This document shows, piece by piece, positions 8,156 through 16,861 of a DNA stretch of 64,000 nt. The DNA is taken from the IMG/VR virus record IMGVR_UViG_3300037313_001714, positions 54,454-118,453 of that record; one strand, given 5' to 3'. Under the pieces are notes generated by a model. That model made no database searches. It was not told where the DNA came from and worked only from the letters and a program-made list of their open reading frames with translations. The number at the start of each line of letters is the position of its first letter. Position 1 is the stretch's first letter. Origin of the DNA: a virus. Position numbers and translations under genes: made by a program.

Positions 8156-8721
8156 CACGCCTCCGCGGTCTCGGGTTCGGGCTGCTTGTCCTTGGGCCAG
8201 CCCGCCTTCGTGAGGTCGGCCATCAGGTTGGCCAGGGCCGGCACGCTGCGCGAGGGCGGCGCGGTTTCATCGGGCAAGTACTTCGCGAGTTCCGGCAGCG
8301 CCTCTTTGGCTGTCTTCACCGTGCTGTAGCCGCGAATTGTGGCGTTGAGCTTTTGCTCCATCTCGCCGCGCGCGGTGTTCTGCTCTCCTTCCTTGTCGTA
8401 CAGCGCCTGGATCTTCGCCTCGAGGTCCTTGTCCTTGATGTAGCCGTCGTCCAGGTCGCTCAGGTACACGTGGAAGTTGATGTTGGTCGTGTAGCTGCGA
8501 CCCGATGAAACGGAATAGACGACGCTGACGTGCACCTGCTGGATCGGAAAATACTGCGGATGCGCCTTGCGCGCACGCTTGATGATGTCGGGCGCCTTGT
8601 TCAGGAAATAGTCCTGGACGATCTTTTGCATCTGCTCGCGGTAGTCGACGCGCGGGATGTCCTGCATGACCGCCCGCACGAAGGCGTTGCGGATCGATTC
8701 GGTGATGCGCATGCTGCTCAT
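8155..8721 (-). CDS. Phage protein, possibly Nmad5-like (nucleotide-modification-associated)
   Basis: MRITESIRNAFVRAVMQDIP N-terminus and ...YSTVKTAKEALPELAKYLP C-terminus recall that family; not verified. Confidence 0.45.
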   Translation of the reverse strand: MSSMRITESIRNAFVRAVMQDIPRVDYREQMQKIVQDYFLNKAPDIIKRARKAHPQYFPIQQVHVSVVYSVSSGRSYTTNINFHVYLSDLDDGYIKDKDLEAKIQALYDKEGEQNTARGEMEQKLNATIRGYSTVKTAKEALPELAKYLPDETAPPSRSVPALANLMADLTKAGWPKDKQPEPETAEA

Positions 8722-8735
8722 GTTCCGCTCTCCCT

Positions 8736-9953
8736 TCAGCCGAAGATGCGCTGCGCCAGGCCATCGGCCACTTCGCGGTCGACCTTGGACAGCTTGTTGA
8801 TGAAGGCCAGGTTCAGACCCTGGCGGAAGCTCGCGCGCATGACACCGATGCGCGCCGCGTTGATCAGGGTGCGCGGCGAGATCGTGTCGCTGATCTTGGC
8901 GCCGTCGTACGACTGACGGATCAGCGAGGCGAACTCCACCATCTTGTCGGCGTCGGCCTTCGTGAGCTTGCAGTGGTTGATCAGGATCTGGCTCTCGGCC
9001 GCCTTGTCCATGTACTTCTTGTGGATCACCATCCCGAAGCGGTCGTAGTTGGCGCTGTTCTGGATCAGCGTGCCTTGGTACAGGCCGGTCTCGTCGCCGC
9101 TGCCGTTGGTGTTGCCCGTGGCGACGAAGCGGAACATCGGGTGCGGCTTGACGATCCGCATGTCTTCCGGCGCTTCTTTAATCACCAGTGACTTACCCTC
9201 CAAGACCGGCTGATAGACCGCCAGGACGCTCGGCATGCCGAAGTCGTATTCGTCGGCGCAGTACACCCAGCCATTGAGCATGGCGAGCGGCAACGGCCCG
9301 AGCTGGAACTCGGTCTGGCCGCCCTTGACGATCCACTGCCCGAGGATGTGGCTCTCTTCGGTGTTCACCGTGTGCTGCACCCGGATGAACGGCCGGTTGG
9401 TGCGCGCGGCCACCTGCTCGAGCATCTCGGACTTGCCCGAGCCCTTGTGGCCCCACAGCAGCGTCGGGATGTTCAGCTCCATCGCGAGGATCACGTTCTT
9501 CAGCTCGTCGATGTCGTAGACATAGTTGTCCGACACCGCCGGCACCATGTCCTGCTGGTCGTGGGCGCTGATGGTGGAGATGTTGATCGGGTCGCCGCGG
9601 GCGGACAGCGCCGCCTTCACCTTGCCCAGTTCGAACACCTCGTGGAGGTGCTTTTTCACCACCGAGCCCTTCGGGATCAGCTCCACGACCTTGGCTGCGG
9701 TGGCGGTGCCGCTCATGGCCATCACCGGTTCGACAGCCGCGGGCTGCGCTTCGCCCTGCGTGGCCTGGGCCTGTGCGGCTTGCTGGCGCTTTTGCTCCAG
9801 CAGCTGCTTGGCCATCTCCGACAGAAGCGGCTGGCCGGGGTGCTTCGCCTGGTAGTCGGCGATCGTCATGCCCGGGTGCGCTTCCTTGAGGTGACGCTGG
9901 ATGGCGTGCTCCAGCGCCCCGCATTCAGCGCAGCGAATCTTTCCGTTGCTCAC
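8736..9953 (-). CDS. MoxR/CobS-like AAA+ ATPase with an N-terminal C2H2-type zinc finger
   Basis: CAECG...HLKEAH; Walker A GHKGSGKS; Walker B CADEYD; ATGNT; ANYDRF; GTG start with AGGAG upstream. Confidence 0.85.
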   Translation of the reverse strand: MSNGKIRCAECGALEHAIQRHLKEAHPGMTIADYQAKHPGQPLLSEMAKQLLEQKRQQAAQAQATQGEAQPAAVEPVMAMSGTATAAKVVELIPKGSVVKKHLHEVFELGKVKAALSARGDPINISTISAHDQQDMVPAVSDNYVYDIDELKNVILAMELNIPTLLWGHKGSGKSEMLEQVAARTNRPFIRVQHTVNTEESHILGQWIVKGGQTEFQLGPLPLAMLNGWVYCADEYDFGMPSVLAVYQPVLEGKSLVIKEAPEDMRIVKPHPMFRFVATGNTNGSGDETGLYQGTLIQNSANYDRFGMVIHKKYMDKAAESQILINHCKLTKADADKMVEFASLIRQSYDGAKISDTISPRTLINAARIGVMRASFRQGLNLAFINKLSKVDREVADGLAQRIFG

Positions 9954-10069
9954 GTGCTGCTCTCCTGATGGTGCGGGCACCGCGCCCGCGTTCGATGGTT
10001 TGAATTATCGTCAGCGCGTGCAGGAAAATAAGTCAGCGGTGACTTGTTCTTACACATCGCCGACACGGC

Positions 10070-12043
10070 TTACTTGGCGCCCTGGACGATCAGGCCGCGC
10101 AGCGTCTTCATGACAGCGGCCGGCAGCTCCTCGACGTTGTTCAGGACCATGTTCTTCGGATAGAACTCCTGCACGGCCTCCGACTGGATGCCGATGCCCA
10201 CCACGCTCACGCCGGTGTGCATCAGGTCCTTGACCACCCGCTTCAAGTGGCCCTTGAGCGCTGCCGGGTCGCCGTGCGCGGCGGGGTAGCCGTCGCTCAG
10301 CACGATCATCACCTTGCCGCTCTCGCGGCGCGCCAGCAGCATGCGCCCGGCGATCATCACGCTCTCGCCGTCGACGTTGCTGTTCATGGCGCTGGAGTTG
10401 GGCATCCAGCCGAAGCGCTTTTTCACCTCCGTGCCCATGCGCTCGTTGAAGCCTTTGAGGATCGGCATGTAGAGCGACTCCATGCGGCTGTAGCGCACGC
10501 TGTGCGCCTTCTTGCCCTTGCGCGCGGCGCTGATCTTCTCGGCTTCTTCCTCGAGTTCGGTGTAGCTGGCGACCATCGGCCCGGTCGTGAAGCACACGCA
10601 CATGCTGGGGATGCCGATGCGCTCCAGGGTGCTGGCAAGCGCGTACGCCGCCTGCACCGCAGTGTGGACCTTGCTGCCGTGCATCGAGCCGGAGATGTCC
10701 ACCACCAGCATCGCTGCGACGTCCTTGCTGGACGACTCGTGCTTCTTGCGGAAGACCCGGTCGTCGTAGCCGGCGGGCGTGTGGATCGCCAGACGCGACA
10801 GGTTCGCCGGGTGCAGCCGGCCGCTGCGCAGCCCCGACGACCACGTCGCCAGCGAGCGGGCGCTGATGGCGCGCTCCAGGTCCTTCTGCATGGGCCCCAC
10901 CATGTGGTCCACCTTGTCCTGCAGATTGGTGAGCATCTCCGGCTTGTAGCCCGAGCCGATGTGCAGCGGCTCGATGACGTCCTTGTCGGTGGAGTAGACG
11001 AGGTAGTCGGCGTCGGCCGCCGCTGCGGCGCTGACGTCGGTGATCTCGGCGGAGACGCTGGCGTCGAAGTCGTTGGCGGTTTCCTTGTCGATCGCCTTCC
11101 AGGTCGCCGGGTCCATCCCGACGGTCATCTCCTCTGCGCCCGCGCCGGTGTCCTCGTCTTCGTCACCGTCCTCGCCGTCATCGTCCTTGTCGGCGTCGTC
11201 GTCCTTGTCCTTGTCGTCCGCGTCGTCCTCGGGCGGCGGGGGCGGCGCGTCGTCATCGTCGGGTGCGGCCGCCTTGGTCTTCAGGTCGCCGTCCTCGTCG
11301 TCATCCTTCGGCGGCGCAGCGGGACGCCGGCCCTTGCCCTTGCCGCCGGCGCGGCCACCGCGGCCGCTGCCCTTGGCTGGCTTGCCGCTCTCCTCCTCGT
11401 CGTCGTCGTCGCTGCCGCGCAGGCGCTTCACGACCTCCCGCGCCAGCGCCAGGGCCTCCGCGGTGTCGGCGCAGTTCTCGATCTTGCCGGCCAGGTCCTT
11501 GAGCTTGTCGTACAGCGGCTGCACGATCCCGCTGTGGCCGTCGATGAAGTCCTTCATCTCGTCCTGGCCTGCCAGCGCACGCACCAGCGGCACCGTGAGC
11601 ACGCCGATCGCCGTGTCGGTGTCGCCGCCGGCGATGGCGGCCTCCAGCTTGGGGGTGATGTACTTGTCGAGGAAGAAGCGCCGCGTCTGGCTCAGGTTGT
11701 GGGCGCTGCCCTCGAAGCGCTTCGCCATCTCGCGCTCGATGCGGCAGTCCTCGACGATGTTGAGCATGTTGGCCACGCTCGCATCGCCGATCGTGGGCAT
11801 CACCTTGAAGTCGGTGAACAGGATGTGCGCGACCTCGTGGTCGAGGAAGCCCTGCAGCGCGTTGATCAGCTGCTCGGTGGCGTTGTCGGGCAGATACGGC
11901 AGGTTGACCTGGACCGGACGGCCATCTGGGTCACTGCGTACATACGCGGAAACTCCCTGCTGAGTTACTTGGACCCCCTTGCCGGCCAGCATTTGTGTCA
12001 ATTTGACAATGGACTGGCGCAGCACGAACACGCGATCGTTCAT
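10070..12043 (-). CDS. CobT-like von Willebrand A domain protein (MoxR partner)
   Basis: HEVAH metallopeptidase-like motif, acidic linker, MIDAS motif VVDISGSM, VLSDGYP; adjacent to the AAA+ gene. Confidence 0.85.
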   Translation of the reverse strand: MNDRVFVLRQSIVKLTQMLAGKGVQVTQQGVSAYVRSDPDGRPVQVNLPYLPDNATEQLINALQGFLDHEVAHILFTDFKVMPTIGDASVANMLNIVEDCRIEREMAKRFEGSAHNLSQTRRFFLDKYITPKLEAAIAGGDTDTAIGVLTVPLVRALAGQDEMKDFIDGHSGIVQPLYDKLKDLAGKIENCADTAEALALAREVVKRLRGSDDDDEEESGKPAKGSGRGGRAGGKGKGRRPAAPPKDDDEDGDLKTKAAAPDDDDAPPPPPEDDADDKDKDDDADKDDDGEDGDEDEDTGAGAEEMTVGMDPATWKAIDKETANDFDASVSAEITDVSAAAAADADYLVYSTDKDVIEPLHIGSGYKPEMLTNLQDKVDHMVGPMQKDLERAISARSLATWSSGLRSGRLHPANLSRLAIHTPAGYDDRVFRKKHESSSKDVAAMLVVDISGSMHGSKVHTAVQAAYALASTLERIGIPSMCVCFTTGPMVASYTELEEEAEKISAARKGKKAHSVRYSRMESLYMPILKGFNERMGTEVKKRFGWMPNSSAMNSNVDGESVMIAGRMLLARRESGKVMIVLSDGYPAAHGDPAALKGHLKRVVKDLMHTGVSVVGIGIQSEAVQEFYPKNMVLNNVEELPAAVMKTLRGLIVQGAK

Positions 12044-12220
12044 GCGTTCTCTCCTGATCTCATGCGAGACTGATTTAAGTCATTCGTGACTTGATGCCCG
12101 AAGCATAGAAACGCCCGTCAGGCGGGCGCGCGGCAATATTGCAGTTGCCTGCAATGCGAAGCGGCCCATCGGGCCGCCGCATGCGAATAGGGTCGAGGCG
12201 AAAGTAGATCGCGGCGCGAC

Positions 12221-12412
12221 CTACGCTTCCACCAGGGTGCAGAAGTCCTCGATCGAGCTGGTCAGGTACAGGAATCCACGCTTCGGGTGCTGGATGTAGT
12301 GCGTGATCGACGATTTCCGGTCCTGCGAGTCGATGATCTCCGACTCTTCCAGGAGGTCCGCGAATTCCTCGTGGGAAATCTGCTTGGGGGTGCGAGCCTG
12401 GACAGCGCTCAT
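12221..12412 (-). CDS. Small hypothetical protein (63 aa)
   Basis: MSAVQARTPKQISHEEFADLLEESEIID...; GGAG upstream; divergent from the repressor. Confidence 0.5.
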   Translation of the reverse strand: MSAVQARTPKQISHEEFADLLEESEIIDSQDRKSSITHYIQHPKRGFLYLTSSIEDFCTLVEA

Positions 12413-12587
12413 GTGATCTATCTCCATCAGTCTTCGTGCATGAAACCCTGACAAGCGCGTGAGGCGCGTCTGACAGGATGTGAGTATAGCGGAGAGTCAG
12501 TCACCGCTTATGTCGCATTTCGGGCGGTTTTGCTCATCGTGTCTTATCTCTCCCGGCGATTTGATAGGCGTTACCTATCCAATTGTT

Positions 12588-12662
12588 CAGGTAGCAGTGA
12601 CTTGGACTCCTGACAAACCCTCGAACCTGTCGCTATAATTTCAACTAAGTCACTGCTGATTA
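12588..12662 (+). promoter_or_regulatory. Repressor promoter flanked by operator sites
   Basis: CTGACA (12610)-18 nt-TATAAT (12634); operator half-site at 12588-12603 and AAGTCA-CTGC-TGATTA at 12647-12662. Confidence 0.65.
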
Positions 12663-12724
12663 TTTCCACAGCTGCTGGCTTCAACAGCTCCGCAATCGGG
12701 GCACTGAAAGAGGAACGCAAACTG

Positions 12725-13174
12725 ATGAACGCCACCAAGACCAAGGCCGGCGCCACGAACAAGAACAAGGTGACGGTCGCCGAATATCTGTCGCAGCAGT
12801 TCGACCTGTGCGGCAAGACCCAGCTGGAGATCGCGCGGGAATGCGGCTTCGAGAAGCCCAACGTCCTCACGATGTTCAAGCAGGGCAAGTCCAAGCTGCC
12901 GATCGCTCGCGTCGGCCGCATGGCCCGCGCCATCGGCGTCGATCCGCTGTTCCTGTTCCAGCTGGTCATGTCCGAGTACGAACCCGAAACCTGGGCCGAG
13001 ATCGAGAAGCTCGTCCTACAGCAGCCCTACGTCAGCCAGAACGAGATGGAGATCGTCCAGCTGCTGCGCATGACCGGCGTGCCGAACCCGAAGGTGCGCA
13101 CCCAGGAGGAGCGCGAGCGCATCATGTCCGCCTTCAGCCGGCTGCGGCCTGATAACGCGGTAAGTGGTGACTGA
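12725..13174 (+). CDS. XRE/cI-like helix-turn-helix repressor
   Basis: KTQLEIARECGFEKPNVLTMFKQGKSKLP HTH; one of only three plus-strand genes; near attP and int. Confidence 0.85.
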   Translation: MNATKTKAGATNKNKVTVAEYLSQQFDLCGKTQLEIARECGFEKPNVLTMFKQGKSKLPIARVGRMARAIGVDPLFLFQLVMSEYEPETWAEIEKLVLQQPYVSQNEMEIVQLLRMTGVPNPKVRTQEERERIMSAFSRLRPDNAVSGD

Positions 13175-13201
13175 AACCATACGTGCCTTCCTGACCATTC
13201 G

Positions 13202-13223
13202 AGGCGCCTTCGGGCGCCTTTTT
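13202..13223 (+). terminator. Intrinsic terminator after the repressor
   Basis: AGGCGCC-TTCG-GGCGCCT followed by TTTT. Confidence 0.8.
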
Positions 13224-13731
13224 CATGTCCGTTCTCTGCGGGTCGGATCATTATCCACAGGTTCAAGCGAACAGGGTCCCGGATGTTCTTACGTAAGTCC
13301 ACGTAGTCACGGTCTCGTCCGGCGTCGTATGCATACTAACGGTGTCATTGAACCTGACCGCCTCTTCTTCGCACAAAAGTAAGCGCTTAGTGAATGCATT
13401 TGAGGCCATGCATTTGCCCAACCACAGCCGTTTTACTGGTCATGCATACAGACCAGCACGAAAACCCAATAAGATCAATGGCTTACACGGTTGAGCTAGG
13501 GTTGGACGTGCGAGGGATTTCGTATGACATCGTTTCAGCGCGCACTGAAGGGCCTCAGCTGACTCGACAGGCTGATTGTGTCCGTGCACACACAAAGCCG
13601 TGTCGATGCGTGACAACAGAAAAGGTTTTCACTGACGCCGGTCCGGGGCCCTGTCCTACAGGGAATAGCCATTGTCGTGAGGCGGCGACGGCGGCGTGCT
13701 CCTGGTCGCCGCGGGGCCAGCAGTGAGCATG

Positions 13732-14022
13732 TGGCCCCCAAACTGGCCCCCAAGCCGGGCCTGATGCGGAAACGGGTTACGCCATCACTGACGTAACCCG
13801 TTGATTTCCTTTGGTTTTTCTTGGTCGGCGTGGCGGGATTCGAACTCGCGACCCCTTGCACCCCATGCAGCGGGCCATCCATTTTCATGGATAAACATCC
13901 AGTATCAACTGGTCCCCAAATTCCGTAGCCTTCAGAGGGAGACCCCTTGCAAACCGGACTCGGGCGCTACCATTCGATCTCTTTTCAGCTCGCCAAAAGT
14001 GGCCCCCAAATCGGCCCCCAAC
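13732..14022. other. attP-like region: arm-type repeats on both sides of a tRNA-derived core, plus an IHF site
   Basis: TGGCCCCCAAA-like direct repeats at 13732, 13744, 13910, 14000, 14012; WATCAANNNNTTR match on the minus strand at 13794-13806; immediately upstream of int. Confidence 0.75.
13822..13869 (-). other. 3' half of tRNA-Pro(GGG), the att core; not a complete tRNA
   Basis: TGC-ATGGGGT-GCAAGGGGTCGCGAGTTCGAATCCCGCCACGCCGACCA; 5' acceptor strand and D arm absent. Confidence 0.85.
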
Positions 14023-14049
14023 GCGACCCCTTGCTGAAAAACCGTAGGC

Positions 14050-15285
14050 ATGCTTACCGACAACGCCATCAAGAACCTGAAGCTCGCGGAGTTCCAGCGC
14101 GAGAAGGTCGTCGCCGACGGCCTGGGCCTGGTGCTGCGCCTTCGCGACGATGGTAGCCGCACCTGGATTTTCCGCTATACCTACAACGGCCAGCGCAAGA
14201 AGGTGGCGCTGGGTGCCTATCCGCAGATGTCGCTCAAGGAAGCCCGCATCGCCCGCGACGGCCAGGCCAAGGTCCTGGAGGGCGGCCGCGACCCGGTGCT
14301 GCACAAGCAGCAGGCCACCCAGGCCAAGCGCGAGGCGATCACCGTGGGCGAGCTGGCCGAGGAATTCCGCAAGCGCTTCCTCGCGCCGCGCTACGAGCGC
14401 CCCGACGAGGCCTATGCCGCGCTCAAGCGCGATCCGGTGCGCGCGCTCAAGGCCTCGACGCTGGCGCAGGACGTGACGCCGGAGATGCTCACCAAGGTCT
14501 TCAACGCCATGGTCGACCGCGGCTCGAAGGTGGCGGCCAACCGCACGCTGGCGCTGACCCGCCTGATGTTCCAGTACGGCGTCGACCAGCACTACTTGAA
14601 GGCCAACCCCGTCACGATGCGCCCGAAGGCTGTCGGCGGGCGCGAGACGGCCAAGAAGACCAACCTGCTGTTCGAGCAGATCCAGGACTTCCTCGCGGTG
14701 CTGGGCGACCTGCAGGTGGCGATGCATCCGATCACCAACGCGGCCCTTCGCTTCATCCTGGGCACCGCCAAGCGCCCGCTGGAGGTGGTGACGCTGGAGT
14801 GGTCGCACATCGACCGTGAGCGCAGGCAGTGGCTCAACCCGTGGCAGCTGACCAAGGACAAGCAGCCTGGCAAGGATCACCTGGTGTTCCTGAGTCAGTG
14901 GTCGCTGAATATTCTGGACGAGGTCGCCGCCATGAAGCTGGAGGGCAAGTACGTCTTTCCGTCGCCCCAACGCCGCGGCGACGAGATCGTGCCGATCGAG
15001 CGCCACGCGCTGTCGCGGGCCGTGCTGCGGCTGCACCAGGCAGGCGTGATCAAGCCGAAGTTCACCCCGCACGATCTGCGCCGCACCTTCGCCACGCGAG
15101 CTGGCAGCCTGAAGATTCCGCCGTACGTGGTGGAGAAGTGCCTCGATCACGTGATGGAGGGAATGATGGCCGTCTACAACCACGACGACTTCTTCGAGGA
15201 GCGCCGCGAGGCCATGGACAGATGGGGCGCCAAGCTCGCGGAACTGGAGAGCTTGAGTGCAAAATCCCACGTCACTAGTGACTGA
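14050..15285 (+). CDS. int: Tyrosine integrase (P4-like, N-terminal arm-binding domain)
   Basis: GLVLRLRDDGSRTWIFRY arm domain; KRPLE, HDLRRT, LDH, AVYN catalytic motifs. Confidence 0.95.
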   Translation: MLTDNAIKNLKLAEFQREKVVADGLGLVLRLRDDGSRTWIFRYTYNGQRKKVALGAYPQMSLKEARIARDGQAKVLEGGRDPVLHKQQATQAKREAITVGELAEEFRKRFLAPRYERPDEAYAALKRDPVRALKASTLAQDVTPEMLTKVFNAMVDRGSKVAANRTLALTRLMFQYGVDQHYLKANPVTMRPKAVGGRETAKKTNLLFEQIQDFLAVLGDLQVAMHPITNAALRFILGTAKRPLEVVTLEWSHIDRERRQWLNPWQLTKDKQPGKDHLVFLSQWSLNILDEVAAMKLEGKYVFPSPQRRGDEIVPIERHALSRAVLRLHQAGVIKPKFTPHDLRRTFATRAGSLKIPPYVVEKCLDHVMEGMMAVYNHDDFFEERREAMDRWGAKLAELESLSAKSHVTSD

Positions 15286-15356
15286 TTTCTGACAAGGCCG
15301 CCGGCTATAATGGCATCATCGGCTGCCAAGCAGTCTCAGAGGAAAGCAGTAGCGCC

Positions 15357-15581
15357 ATGAGCCTCGTCGACGACCCCATCATCCGCCCGCGCCAGATCCG
15401 CGCGGCCACCGGCCTGTCCAAGCCGACCATCTACCGCATGATGGAAAAGGGCGAGTTCCCGCGGCCGATGAAGCTGTCGGCCGGCGCGGTGGGCTGGCGC
15501 CAGTCGACCATCGAGAAGTGGCGCGAAGAGCGCGGCCTGGCCGGCGGCGGCGAGCTGCCCGAGGACCCCAAGCAGCACTAG
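15357..15581 (+). CDS. AlpA-family regulator / excisionase
   Basis: IRPRQIRAATGLSKPTIYRMMEKGEFPRPMKLSAGAVGW. Confidence 0.9.
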   Translation: MSLVDDPIIRPRQIRAATGLSKPTIYRMMEKGEFPRPMKLSAGAVGWRQSTIEKWREERGLAGGGELPEDPKQH

Positions 15582-15817
15582 GCCCAGCGCGCGGCCTTGG
15601 GCCGCAGCACGGCCCGTTTCGTGGCCTTGAGCTGCTCCAGGCGCAGCTTCTCGGCTTTCTCGACCTTCTCTTCCGGGGTCAGCTCGCGCGAACCCCACCC
15701 CATCGGGATGCGTTCGGTCACCGTGCCGACGTTGCTGTTGATGGCCGTGGAGATCGTGACCGTGCCGATCACCACCACGTTGTGACAGGCGCACGTGGTG
15801 TCAGTATCTGGCGCCAT
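15578..15817 (-). CDS. Hypothetical protein
   Basis: 79-aa ORF coupled to the upstream stop. Confidence 0.4.
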   Translation of the reverse strand: MAPDTDTTCACHNVVVIGTVTISTAINSNVGTVTERIPMGWGSRELTPEEKVEKAEKLRLEQLKATKRAVLRPKAARWA

Positions 15818-16035
15818 CACTGCAGCAGCGGCGAGCGCGGCGTGCGACCGGAGCCGTTGCACTTCGAACAGCGGCAGCCGGTCTCGAAGTCCTCGCCCAT
15901 GCCGCCGCACTGGTCGCACGGGCCGCGCAGGTTCTCGTACAGGCGCTCGAGGGCTTCCACCTTGCGCAGCGCCGTCTCCAGCTGGGCGCGGTCCTTCCAG
16001 TCCCAGGCGTTGCGGACGTCTTGCGCCAGGCTCAT
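15817..16035 (-). CDS. Small protein with a DnaJ-type zinc-finger motif
   Basis: CDQCGGMG...CSKCNGSG. Confidence 0.55.
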   Translation of the reverse strand: MSLAQDVRNAWDWKDRAQLETALRKVEALERLYENLRGPCDQCGGMGEDFETGCRCSKCNGSGRTPRSPLLQ

Positions 16036-16649
16036 GACCGCACCGCCTCGAGGACTTCCAGCGCCAGCTCGCGCGGGGTGCTGTGGTCGGCGCTGTCGAT
16101 CTTGTGGTCGTAGAGGAACTCGCTGCTGCCGATCCAGCCCTCGTCGGCCATCAGGCGCCAGCCCACTTCGGTGGACAGCATCAGCGCCAGGCGTTCGGCA
16201 TGGGCCTGCACGGCGGACTGGCCGATCAGCAGGTCCTCGGTCACGCGCTTCATGAAGCGCTCGGCCTGCTGCAGCGGGCCGCAGTCGACCCACACCGAAC
16301 GCACCGGGATGCTGTTGGCGAGACAGTAGCTGCGAATCTGCGCCGCGCCCTTGGGTTCCACGACGATCACCGCATGCCCGGTCACCGCGTCGCGCTGCGC
16401 GATCTCCAGCGCCCGCTTGCTCATGCCGTAGCGCCTGCTGCCGAGGTTGATCACTTCGACAAAGTCGCCCTGCTCCTCCATGAACTCGAAGGCACGCCGG
16501 TCCACGAAATGGTAGTGGTTGCCGTTCTCCTCGCCGATGCGCGGGTGGCGCGTGGTGTGGCTGATGGCGCGGCCGCAGCCGAGGGCCTGCAGCTCGCGCT
16601 CGATAGTGGACTTGCCGGCGCCAGACGGGCCGGTCAGGGTGATGATCAT
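16032..16649 (-). CDS. Guanylate kinase-like nucleotide kinase
   Basis: ITLTGPSGAGKST; SHTTRHPRIGEENGNHYHFV. Confidence 0.85.
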   Translation of the reverse strand: MIITLTGPSGAGKSTIERELQALGCGRAISHTTRHPRIGEENGNHYHFVDRRAFEFMEEQGDFVEVINLGSRRYGMSKRALEIAQRDAVTGHAVIVVEPKGAAQIRSYCLANSIPVRSVWVDCGPLQQAERFMKRVTEDLLIGQSAVQAHAERLALMLSTEVGWRLMADEGWIGSSEFLYDHKIDSADHSTPRELALEVLEAVRS

Positions 16650-16861
16650 GTGGAAGCTCCCGGTTCGGGGTTGGTGGGCGCTGCCGCAGTCTCTCGGGCG
16701 AGCTTTTGGGTCACGATGCGCAGCACGCCGCACATGACGGTGAAGGGCACCTCCTGGCCGTTGCGGTCCAGGATCTGCAGCAGCCCGCCGCGCGGCGTCT
16801 GCAGGTAGCGTTCGGTCCAGGGCATGGTGGCTTTCGCCTGCGCGAACTGCTCGGGCGTCAC
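16646..16861 (-). CDS. Hypothetical protein (71 aa)
   Basis: GTGA/ATGA overlaps with the ligase and the kinase. Confidence 0.45.
   Translation of the reverse strand: MTPEQFAQAKATMPWTERYLQTPRGGLLQILDRNGQEVPFTVMCGVLRIVTQKLARETAAAPTNPEPGAST

Noticed and set aside
8736-12043. Cobalamin biosynthesis (CobST cobaltochelatase)
   Set aside because: No cobN or other cob genes are in the window; generic MoxR/vWA pairs are common in large phages.
13822-13869. Functional tRNA-Pro gene
   Set aside because: Only the 3' half is present, with no D arm or 5' acceptor strand; treated as the att core.
13394-13888. ORFs 13394-13726 (+) and 13535-13888 (-)
   Set aside because: Atypical composition, no motifs, and they overlap the attP arm sites; more likely non-coding.
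14050-15581. Independent P4-like satellite or island (int + AlpA)
   Set aside because: I saw no second att copy or satellite genes, and the phage-wide operator sits at the int end / alpA promoter. My search for a second att was by eye only.
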